This document shows positions 31,680 to 40,900 of a stretch of DNA of 64,000 nt, piece by piece. This DNA comes from Bacteroidia bacterium. Its GTDB lineage: Bacteria > Bacteroidota > Bacteroidia > CAILMK01 > JACPUW01. The DNA is taken from contig JAGDZV010000015.1 in NCBI GenBank assembly GCA_049115495.1, forward strand, positions 69,812-133,811. The letters run 5' to 3'. The position numbers and the translations under genes are program-made. How positions within the stretch are numbered: position 1 is the stretch's first letter; the number at the start of each line of letters is the position of its first letter. The notes beneath the pieces were generated by a model. That model was not told where the DNA came from, searched no databases, and saw only the letters and a list, made by a program, of their open reading frames with translations.

Positions 31680-32771
31680 CTACGCAAAGCTTAGATGGTA
31701 ATTTACCGTCTTGGTTTTCCCTTCATAATTTACAATACCCACTTCCATTAGGTCAGCAAAGTCTCTTTGAACCGTTTTTCTATCACAGCGGTATTTCATA
31801 ACCATTTGTTTGGTAGTTACAGTTCTTTGAAAAACTACATCACGCAAAATGGCTTGCTGCCTTTCATTTAACGCACCAATTTTATCGTAGTGCTTCTTAA
31901 ACCCTAGCTCAAAAAAGTAATTGAAACTATTGCGTTGAATAGGTTTTAAATTTTCATAGTTGGTAGACTTTTTAAGGGCCCCAATTAAATCATCTTCTAC
32001 TTCAAGATAAGATTCGTTTATAATGGTGTAGCAGTTTTCGAAAAACGCAGTTAAATCGGCCTGCATTCGTTCTTTGGCATTAATAGGGAAAAGTGAGTTG
32101 AGCTTTATTGATTTATGCGTATTCCAATCTCTTAGCATGTATTTTTCAAAGCTGAGTAATCCTCCAAGATCAAATCCCATACGCTTAATGGCAACGTTGA
32201 AAAATATTAAGGAGAAGCACTGATTTTGTACCAAAAAAGGCTGCACAATATCAAAAAGCAGATACACGCTAAGCGCATGAATCACTGGTTTGTCTAGCCT
32301 TTTTGACTTTGAGTGTTTTAAAAGCACCTTTACCAGATTATCTAACTGGTCTTCGTCCGGAAGCTCATAAACAGAATCTTTATTATCAGTTATGTTTCTT
32401 AAAATACCACCAAATTTTTCTTGAGAAGTGTTCCTTACCAGTATCTCGTGGCCCTTTTTAAGGTTTGATAGTGTAAGTTCATCAAAACGCTGATCAATGT
32501 ATTTGTAAGCCTTTGTATACGCATTTACCCTATGATAAATTTCGTTTTGCTGCACATTTTTGGTGTGAAGCGCATTGTAGACTTCATTGTAATCGCATTC
32601 TATTTTTTCTTGAACAAGGCTTGCTCTAATTCTATCAACTTGAGCAACTTGCACCATATTATCTAAGCCTTTTAACTCAGGATTAATAAAATTAAAGAGC
32701 GCCTGAAGGTAGCGAGCCCTTTCAGCGCCTGCCTTTAAAAATTTATTGAAATCGTACTTAGGATAAGGCAC
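31680..32771 (-). CDS. Fic-fold protein with degenerate (probably inactive) catalytic motif and C-terminal winged-helix domain
   Basis: Aligns with the window's canonical Fic (IHALSVYLLFDIVQPFLVQNQCFSLIFF versus [28 protein letters not shown]): H to Q and DGNGR to VQNQC. C-terminal HTH (RKTVQRDFADLMEVGIV). Confidence 0.55.
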   Translation of the reverse strand: MPYPKYDFNKFLKAGAERARYLQALFNFINPELKGLDNMVQVAQVDRIRASLVQEKIECDYNEVYNALHTKNVQQNEIYHRVNAYTKAYKYIDQRFDELTLSNLKKGHEILVRNTSQEKFGGILRNITDNKDSVYELPDEDQLDNLVKVLLKHSKSKRLDKPVIHALSVYLLFDIVQPFLVQNQCFSLIFFNVAIKRMGFDLGGLLSFEKYMLRDWNTHKSIKLNSLFPINAKERMQADLTAFFENCYTIINESYLEVEDDLIGALKKSTNYENLKPIQRNSFNYFFELGFKKHYDKIGALNERQQAILRDVVFQRTVTTKQMVMKYRCDRKTVQRDFADLMEVGIVNYEGKTKTVNYHLSFA

Positions 32772-32802
32772 TTAAATGCGAATTAAGCTACAAGTATAAT
32801 TC

Positions 32803-32842
32803 ACAAAAAAAGCACAAGCCTTTTACCAACCTGTGCTTTTTG
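32803..32842 (-). terminator. Rho-independent terminator downstream of metK
   Basis: Stem aaagcaca/tgtgcttt (32809-32840) with 15-nt loop, followed on the minus strand by a U7 run (plus-strand A-run 32805-32811). Confidence 0.5.
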
Positions 32843-32866
32843 TTTATATCAAAAAAACAGCTTTAC

Positions 32867-34138
32867 TTAAATGCCAAAAGCTGCTTTTACCTTATCCACG
32901 TAATCAAGTTTTTCCCAAGTAAATAGTTCTACTTCTAATTCGGTACGTTGGCCGGCATTATCAAACACCTTGGTAACTGTTTTTGGTTCTCTACCCATGT
33001 GGCCATAAGCAGCAGTTTCGCTATAAATTGGATTTCTAAGCTTAAGCCTTTGCTCTATTGCATAAGGACGCATATCAAATACATCTTCAAGTTTTCTAGC
33101 AATTGCACCATCGTTTAAATCAACCTTAGCGGTTCCGTAAGTATTCACGAATAAACCACAAGGTTTTGCAACACCAATGGCATAAGAAACCTGAACTAAA
33201 GCTTCATCGCAAAGGCCTGCAGCTACTAAGTTTTTGGCTATATGGCGCGTTGCATAAGCGGCCGAACGGTCAACTTTACTAGGATCTTTTCCTGAAAAAG
33301 CTCCACCACCATGAGCACCTTTACCTCCGTATGTATCAACAATAATTTTTCTACCTGTAAGGCCCGTATCGCCGTGCGGACCACCAATTACAAACTTGCC
33401 AGTAGGGTTTATATGATAAGTAATTTCATCATTAAACAAGGCTTGTATCTCTGGTTTCAACTGTGCTTTTACCCTTGGAATTACTATACCAACAATATCT
33501 TCTTTAATCTTAGAAAGCATCGCATCGTCCTCATCAAAATCATCATGTTGAGTAGAAACAACAATTGCGTCTATTCTAATGGGTTGGTTGTCGTCAGAAT
33601 ATTCAATTGTAACCTGAGATTTAGCATCTGGACGTAAGTACTTTATTTCAGACTCTTCTCTTCTAATTTCGGCCAGCACCTCTAGTATCTTATGACTAAG
33701 GTCTAGCGCCAATGGCATGTAGTTGTCTGTTTCGTTACTTGCATAGCCAAACATCATTCCCTGATCACCGGCTCCTTGTGCGTTAGCCTTTGATTCAAAA
33801 TCATCAGCCGTTTCTCTCACTACCCCTTGATTTATCTCACTACTTTGCTCATGTATAGCTGATAAAATTCCACAAGAATCAGCCTCAAACATGTATTCTG
33901 CCTTGGTGTAGCCAATCTTCTTGATCACATCACGCGCAATAGTTTGAACATCAAGGTAAGTTGTGGTATTTACCTCTCCTGCTAACACAACTTGACCTGT
34001 AGTAACGAGTGTTTCGCACGCCACTTTAGAGCTTGGGTCAAAAGCTAAAAAGTGATCAATTAGGGCGTCAGAAATTTGATCGGCTACTTTATCTGGGTGT
34101 CCTTCAGAAACCGACTCAGATGTAAATAAGTATGGCAT
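32867..34138 (-). CDS. metK: S-adenosylmethionine synthetase
   Basis: Hallmark motifs [26 protein letters not shown]-like N-terminus ([14 protein letters not shown]), DTYGG. Confidence 0.95.
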   Translation of the reverse strand: MPYLFTSESVSEGHPDKVADQISDALIDHFLAFDPSSKVACETLVTTGQVVLAGEVNTTTYLDVQTIARDVIKKIGYTKAEYMFEADSCGILSAIHEQSSEINQGVVRETADDFESKANAQGAGDQGMMFGYASNETDNYMPLALDLSHKILEVLAEIRREESEIKYLRPDAKSQVTIEYSDDNQPIRIDAIVVSTQHDDFDEDDAMLSKIKEDIVGIVIPRVKAQLKPEIQALFNDEITYHINPTGKFVIGGPHGDTGLTGRKIIVDTYGGKGAHGGGAFSGKDPSKVDRSAAYATRHIAKNLVAAGLCDEALVQVSYAIGVAKPCGLFVNTYGTAKVDLNDGAIARKLEDVFDMRPYAIEQRLKLRNPIYSETAAYGHMGREPKTVTKVFDNAGQRTELEVELFTWEKLDYVDKVKAAFGI

Positions 34139-34189
34139 AGTTTAATGTTTATCGTTATTTAGATAGGCGGCAATTTTAATGCAGCAATT

Positions 34190-36244
34190 TTAATATTCGA
34201 GTAATTCTTTAATCTTATCTGATACTTTTTCGGCGGATGGCAACATTAGGGCTTCTTGACTCATGTTTAGTGGAACCGCTGGAAGGTCTACAGCACCAAA
34301 AGTCATAACAGGAGCATCCAAGCTTTCAAAGCAATTTTGACTAATTCTACCTGCTAAGGCCTGTGCAAATGAGTTATAAAGTGTTTCTTCAGTTAACACC
34401 AAACACTTACCATGTTCACGCACACGCTCATAAACCATCTGATCATCAACAGGATTCAACGAACGTAAATCTAAAATCTCAACCGCACCGTTGTGGTTCT
34501 TACTTGCATTCAATGCCCAATGCACGCCCATACCGTATGTAACAACAAGCAATGATTCGCCTTTTTCAACCATTTCGACATCAGCTTCTTTAAAGATTCT
34601 AGCCTTACCAATTGGTATTACATAGTCTTCAGCCGGTTCTATTGCTTTGGCAGCCGCAGTTCCAGGAACCTTACTCCAATACAAGCCTTTATGTTCTAAA
34701 ATTACAACAGGATTTGGATCATGGTAGGCTGCTTTTAACAAGCCTTTCATATCAGCTGCATTACTTGGGTAAACTATTTTAATACCTTTTGTGCTGGTTA
34801 AATTACTCTCATGCGAACCTGAATGGTAAGGGCCGCCACCACCATAAGCACCAATAGGCACTCTTATAATGGCATTTACGGGATATTTACCTTGACTTAG
34901 GTAGTTTGACTTACTTAACTCTGTAATCAATTGATTGATACCTGTAAATATGTAGTCACAAAACTGAACTTCTACAATTGGTTTTAAGCCAACGGCTGAC
35001 ATACCTGCGGTAGAACCAAAAATATAGGCTTCTTGAATTGGCGTATTAAAAACCCTATCGTCGCCATAAGTTTCGGCTAATGTAGCTGCTTCTCTAAAAA
35101 CACCACCAAGTCTTCTTCCCACATCCTGTCCGTAAAGCAGCACATTTTCATCATTGCGCATTACTTCTCTACAAGCAAATAGTGCAGCATCAACCATTAT
35201 AATTTCATTGTTGCCTTTTGGAGCTCTTTCACCGTTTTCTTCAGTGATTGGGGTTGGGGCGTAAATGTGGTTGGTTAATTCTTCTGGCGCTGGATCAGCT
35301 GAATCAACTGCTTTTTGAAACTCTGTTTCTATAAAAGCGTTGGCTTCTTTATCTATAGATCTAAGGTCGTCTTTTTTGAAACCTTTCTTTAAAAGATATT
35401 TCTCAAATCTTGGAATTGGATCGTCTTTTCCGTGTTTGGCCAAATCTTCATCTGTTCGATAAAACTCTTTTCTTACTCCAGATGTATGATGACCTAATAG
35501 CGGCACCTTGGCATGCAGTAAAATTGGCTTACGTTCTTTTCTTACATAATCAAGACATTCGCCTACTGCTTTATAAGACTTTGCAAAATCAGCGCCATCA
35601 GTTCGCATGCGTTTCATACCTTTAAACCCGGCTGCAAATTCATAAGCATCCATGGCGCGCATTTCTTCTTTGCTTACTGAAATACCCCAATCATTATCTT
35701 GTACCAAGTACATTATTGGCAGGTTGTGTAGCACAGCCATTTGGAAAGCTTCAGAAACCTCTCCTTCCGTTACCGAACCATCTCCAAAAGAGCAAACCAC
35801 TACTGGTGGTAACTCGCTTTTTTCTAAGCCCCTACCTTCTTTATACTTGATTCCGTGAGCAACTCCGGTAGTAGGAATGGCTTGCATACCTGTAGCAGAA
35901 GATTGGTGCGGAATTTTTGGTTTGTCATCGTCCTTTAAACTCGGGTGCGAATAGTAACTACGTCCGCCAGAAAACGGATCGCCCGCCTTGGCCAACAATT
36001 GAAGCATCATTTTATAAGGCTCCATGCCTATTCCTAAAAGAATGCTTTCATCTCTATAATAAGGCGACACCCAATCGCTTGGGGTTAATTGTAAGCCTAA
36101 AGCCAATTGAATGGCCTCGTGCCCCCTTGATGTGGAATGTACATATTTAGTTATTTGGCGGTTTTCTTCATAAACACGTGCCATTGCACGCGCTCTCACC
36201 ATGTTGGTATATACTTTTTGGAGAAATTCTTTGTTCTCGAGCAT
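34190..36244 (-). CDS. Fused 2-oxoacid dehydrogenase E1 component, alpha and beta subunits (TPP-dependent; branched-chain/pyruvate dehydrogenase E1-like)
   Basis: N-terminal E1-alpha TPP-binding region (GDGSVTEGEVSEAFQMA…NDWGIS) fused to transketolase-like E1-beta pyrimidine-binding and C-terminal domains; 684 aa. Confidence 0.8.
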   Translation of the reverse strand: MLENKEFLQKVYTNMVRARAMARVYEENRQITKYVHSTSRGHEAIQLALGLQLTPSDWVSPYYRDESILLGIGMEPYKMMLQLLAKAGDPFSGGRSYYSHPSLKDDDKPKIPHQSSATGMQAIPTTGVAHGIKYKEGRGLEKSELPPVVVCSFGDGSVTEGEVSEAFQMAVLHNLPIMYLVQDNDWGISVSKEEMRAMDAYEFAAGFKGMKRMRTDGADFAKSYKAVGECLDYVRKERKPILLHAKVPLLGHHTSGVRKEFYRTDEDLAKHGKDDPIPRFEKYLLKKGFKKDDLRSIDKEANAFIETEFQKAVDSADPAPEELTNHIYAPTPITEENGERAPKGNNEIIMVDAALFACREVMRNDENVLLYGQDVGRRLGGVFREAATLAETYGDDRVFNTPIQEAYIFGSTAGMSAVGLKPIVEVQFCDYIFTGINQLITELSKSNYLSQGKYPVNAIIRVPIGAYGGGGPYHSGSHESNLTSTKGIKIVYPSNAADMKGLLKAAYHDPNPVVILEHKGLYWSKVPGTAAAKAIEPAEDYVIPIGKARIFKEADVEMVEKGESLLVVTYGMGVHWALNASKNHNGAVEILDLRSLNPVDDQMVYERVREHGKCLVLTEETLYNSFAQALAGRISQNCFESLDAPVMTFGAVDLPAVPLNMSQEALMLPSAEKVSDKIKELLEY

Positions 36245-36395
36245 TCGTAGTGTTTTGGGCTAGCAAAAATAAACCCTAGAGCCCCTTGCAGCAAAGGCAA
36301 ATGGTTTATTGAAAAAAGTGGCTGTTTTGTTATGTTTTCTTCCCATGATTGAAACCATAGGCTAGTTCATTGTTTAATAAAATCTTGAATTGAGA

Positions 36396-36914
36396 TTACC
36401 TTCTCCCCGCCCTCCTTTCGGCAATGCTTTCTTGCATTTCGGCAAATTGATCTTCAAATGGTAGATTAAGCTGTTCGGCCAATTCCTCAGCAAACTCAAG
36501 TGCTTCGTAGTAGTTTCCATATTCATCTACTATTTGAAGTTTTCCCATAGAATCAACCAAGCAAACATCAAAAGATTTAGTTCTTGTTGTTGTTTGGGTA
36601 GCTCTTAATGTGTAGGTGCTAGACTCACTGTAAACCGTAAGTACTAGCTTTTTGTAAATATCAAGGCTTTTCCAGCTTCCTACTCTAAAAAACAAAAAGC
36701 TGAAATAAGATTGTAGCTTTTGGTTTTGAAGATCAATAACCACACCTTCAATTGAAAGCAGCGCTACAAGACCAAGATAGAATGTTGGAATTGCTGGTAT
36801 TAATGAATAGAAATAGGTAAATACCCCTGAACCAATTATAACCAGTAAACCCAAAAGACCCAGCTTTAAAGTTGGGCCTTTTGATATTTTTATTAAGCTT
36901 TCTTGCTCGCTCAT
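36396..36914 (-). CDS. Hypothetical membrane protein (2 TM) with C-terminal soluble domain
   Basis: ORF with two N-terminal hydrophobic helices. Confidence 0.35.
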   Translation of the reverse strand: MSEQESLIKISKGPTLKLGLLGLLVIIGSGVFTYFYSLIPAIPTFYLGLVALLSIEGVVIDLQNQKLQSYFSFLFFRVGSWKSLDIYKKLVLTVYSESSTYTLRATQTTTRTKSFDVCLVDSMGKLQIVDEYGNYYEALEFAEELAEQLNLPFEDQFAEMQESIAERRAGRR

Positions 36915-36936
36915 AGGGGGCTAATATAGAATTATA

Positions 36937-37740
36937 TCATCCATTTAGGTCAACCACTATTCTAAAGGCTTCAAAATTGTTTTTAGCATCAGAAATGGTA
37001 AACGCGCATTTTCTTGTTCCATCTTCGAGAAAAGCCCAATCTATACCCCATTCTACTTTTGCATGATTACCAGGTTCAATATTTACGCTGCGAATAATTT
37101 GTGTGCCTCCCAATCTTTCGTTGTTTTTATCCAAGTAGTCCACCTTTAATTCAATAGTTTCAAGGGTAAGAATTCGGTTTAGGTTCTTAATGAACAATTC
37201 GTACTCATATTTACCCATTAGTTTTCGAGTTACGTCTTTTACCGTAACATCAATGTTGTTTTTGAAGTACTCATTTTCAAGGCGTGCCATTTCGCACAAA
37301 ATCTTCGCTTCTTTTGTGCTTTTGTCTGCCTGTTGCATAAAATCACTGCTTAATGAGAATTCTACTCCGTTAATGGTTACTGTATTTGAAGTAAACATTA
37401 CAGTTGGCTTTTTCTCAATATTCACTTCTTCAATGATTAAGGCTTCATCTAATAATTCTTCCTCAGCCGCCTCCATGCTTTCCGCGTAAACGGTTTCATT
37501 TAAAGGCTTATTTTCTTTCACTTTATTGACTTTTTCTTCAGTTAATACATCTGTTTCTTCAACCTTTGATTCTTCAATTATCGTTACAGGTTGCTTGTCT
37601 TCAACTGTTTCAACATCTGTAACTTCAACTGTTTTTTCAGTTGGAGCTTGTGCTTCTTTCTCAATGCTTAGTGGAGCGGCATTTTTTTGTGCGCATGAAC
37701 CTAAAAACAAAAGGGCGGTGAGTATTGCTAGAGCTTTCAT
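36937..37740 (-). CDS. Hypothetical lipoprotein with acidic low-complexity linker
   Basis: Signal peptide plus Cys (LFLGSCAQ); E/V/T-rich linker. Confidence 0.4.
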   Translation of the reverse strand: MKALAILTALLFLGSCAQKNAAPLSIEKEAQAPTEKTVEVTDVETVEDKQPVTIIEESKVEETDVLTEEKVNKVKENKPLNETVYAESMEAAEEELLDEALIIEEVNIEKKPTVMFTSNTVTINGVEFSLSSDFMQQADKSTKEAKILCEMARLENEYFKNNIDVTVKDVTRKLMGKYEYELFIKNLNRILTLETIELKVDYLDKNNERLGGTQIIRSVNIEPGNHAKVEWGIDWAFLEDGTRKCAFTISDAKNNFEAFRIVVDLNG

Positions 37741-37864
37741 TGTTTTGGAATTTTACCCCACTAAGGTCTTCCTATACCCACTTTTTTAAAATGACTAAAC
37801 TCACCTAGGCCATTTTTTCGATGTAAAGTCGTTTGGTTTTTTTAAAACGGTGATTTAGACATCA

Positions 37865-37902
37865 TAGAAAAAGCCCCAACTCAATATAAGTTGGGGCTTT
37901 GT
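37865..37902 (-). terminator. Rho-independent terminator downstream of the 1892-aa T9SS gene
   Basis: 11-bp stem aaagccccaac/gttggggcttt (37870-37900) with 9-nt loop; U-run follows on the minus strand (plus-strand aaaaa at 37866-37870). Confidence 0.5.
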
Positions 37903-37925
37903 GTTATTAAAAGGATTTTAAATTC

Positions 37926-40900
37926 CTACTTCACTAAAACCAATTTTCCGTTTCCAATTTCTTCGTTTCCGTTAATGAAACGGTATTGATAAACACCTTC
38001 GGCTTGTTGGCTCAAATTGAGTTCAACTTTACCTGAATTATCGTTGATTCTAATGGTTTTAATCACTTTTCCGTTTAGATCAACAATCTCAATAAATGCA
38101 TTATTATTTTCAGTTAAACTGTATTCTAATACGGTAATTTCTGTAAAAGGATTTGGCCAAACTGAAATCTTGTTTTCAATATTGGGTTCAGCTACTGAAA
38201 TTGGTGTTGGTGGTTTTGGAATTACATTGCCCATCATGTCAAACTCACAATCTTTACAACTTGCTTGCGTACCACAAGCGTTGGTAAATGATGCACATAC
38301 ATCATAAATTGTACTTGGAGTATTCGGAAAACTGTAGGTGAAGTTTGTGCCCATAGAAGTGTAACTTCCTGTTCCATCGTCAAAATCCCAACTTATGTCG
38401 TTTGCCGAAACTGGGGTATGATAAACTCCAAAAGAAGCATCAAAAAACATGGCAGCTGGATTAATGTCAAATGTGATCGAGTCTAATGTGTCTTTATAAA
38501 TCACCACATCATCAATACCCACCAAATTGCCACTTGAGAAAACCTGCAGTTTTAAATAAGTAGTACCAAAGGCTTTTGGATAAGCGTAAGGTTGTGCAAT
38601 TGTTGCATTTGAAACAAGGTTGGCGGGGCTCCATTCATAAGTATAACTACCCCCTAGTGCGACACCCACTTGAATTGAATCTGAGTAGCAAATGGTGGTG
38701 TCTCTACCTGCATTAGCAACGGTATTTACAAATACCAAAACCGAATCGTAATTGGTGCAGCCATCGGCATCTGTTGCACTTAAAACATAAGTTGTAGTGC
38801 TGCTTGGTGTGGCCGTAGGGTCTAAAACGCTCGTTGAATTTAATCCGCTGGTAGGCGACCAAACATAGCTTGTGGCTGTGCCGCCAACACTACCTTCTAA
38901 TTCAGGGTCGGGCGAGCTTGGTGTGCCATAAGCAATGTATTTATCTGGGCCAGCGGAGACTTCTGGACCGTCTTTGGTTCTGATTATGAGTGTATCAAAT
39001 TGCTCACTACAACCATTTGAAAGACCTAATACAACAGAATACTTTTTGCCAGATTCAAACGGGAAATTTTGTAACCATAACGTGTCGGCAACTCCTGAAA
39101 ATATGACTGTATCAAAAGTGTTTCTCTGACGATAATAATTATCAATTGAATCGCCATAGCTCAAATATTCCTTGTTGAATGGAATGGTATCATATACAAC
39201 GGTATCAACTACCAAATTAAAGAATGTATCTGTTAGATTGGTGTCAGTCCAAAAGGTATCAATTCTTACTAAAAAAGTATCAAAAAAGATAGCCGAATCC
39301 TTTTCAAAAGGCGATTTTCTATATTCAAACACTTGCCATGTAATCTTATTAAAATCACCAGTTGAAGTTCTGCCATGAACAAAGTAGTTATCGCTGCTAC
39401 ATAGCACTGTGTCGCCAGTTATTTCACTTGTAAATGTGCCACGAATATGAATAAATTGAGAAATCTCGGAACTGTCATTACAATCGTTTTTAACTTTTAA
39501 TCTAACCTTATACGTTTTACCCGCAGTTGAGCCACTTGTAAATGAATAGATTGAATCAAGATTTACAGTATCAATTCTACCACCATAATAATTGTCAGGT
39601 GTATATACCGGCGAAACCACCTCGCTACTTGTGCAGTTTCCTGTTAAAGAATCTGCCTCGCAAATAATAAATTGAAACTTGGTTTCATTCAAAGTATTTG
39701 AGCCAATAAATAATGGTTCTTGACCATTGCAGTAGTAGCGTTTTAGCTTACCTTTTGCTTCAGGCTTACCAACATTAATCCAACCACGCCCTTCGTTTGT
39801 TAAACCATGCGTAGGGAAAACATTTTTAATTGAACAAAAACTAATGCATGAGTTTGAGGTTGAAACAGGCGCATTTGGTGCAACACCTTCTATTGCTGGG
39901 TTCAACGGATTTTTAGAAATATAGAAAATATGCCTATCTGTAGTATCGAGCAAGGTGTCATTGTAAAACTCAAGGTTTGCCGCAGGCTCTATACATAAAT
40001 AACTACTATCCATCATTATAATTTCACCAAAACCAATATTAGGACCACCAACAACTACATGAGCGCCATCTAGTATTTTAAGTGTTCCGCCTGGTTTTAC
40101 CAAAATTGTTCCGCCATTACCAATTTGAGTATAGCTTGAATCTGCTAATACAAGTGCTGCGTTCTTTTCAACTATAATCATACTCCTAACCGTTTTGCGG
40201 CGTTCATCCCAAGCTGCACTACGAATTTCATATGGTTCGCGGTAATAGGCATCTTCAGTTGTTCTATAATCTGCCTTAAAACCTGGACCTTCAAAATTGC
40301 GCCAATAAGAATTCGCGAAAATGGTTAAGGAATCGCGGTTAATCAAATAATTGTCTTCGCAGATTTTCATTTTACTACCGTTGTCAATATCCAAATAACC
40401 ATAAGCCTGTTTAATGGCCAAATTATGCCCAAGCACTTCTTTTGTACCAGTTTTAAATTCAAAATGATTGATAATCTCAATTGGTGGAAAGAAGCATGAT
40501 GTTATACACTCATCAACTGGAGCAAATCTAAAACGATGAATACCAGCTTCATCAAAAGTTAGTTTTATGGCTTTTATTAATGTGTCGTATTCATAAATGA
40601 AACCATTGCTTTCTCTCATTAAACTTTGGCTTGCCCATGGCACATCTGTTAGATAAAACCACACTTTGGTATTTGGCTTATCTGTTTTTATTAAGCCTTC
40701 GTACTCAAATTTTTTGGTGTAGTCAAACTGCAAGTATTCAAATCGTTTGTTTGATGTAAAAACAGTATCAGTATCATATTGTAAAAAGTTGGCATTACGT
40801 GCACTTGCTGATACGAACCAACCACCCATTTCGCAAATGGTGCCATTGCCACGGGCGGTGTCTTTGGTAAGGGTTAAGCCATTGCCTCTAAATTTTGCTG

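Noticed and set aside
34139-34189. SAM riboswitch upstream of metK
   Set aside because: Intergenic space is only 51 nt, too short for any SAM riboswitch class.
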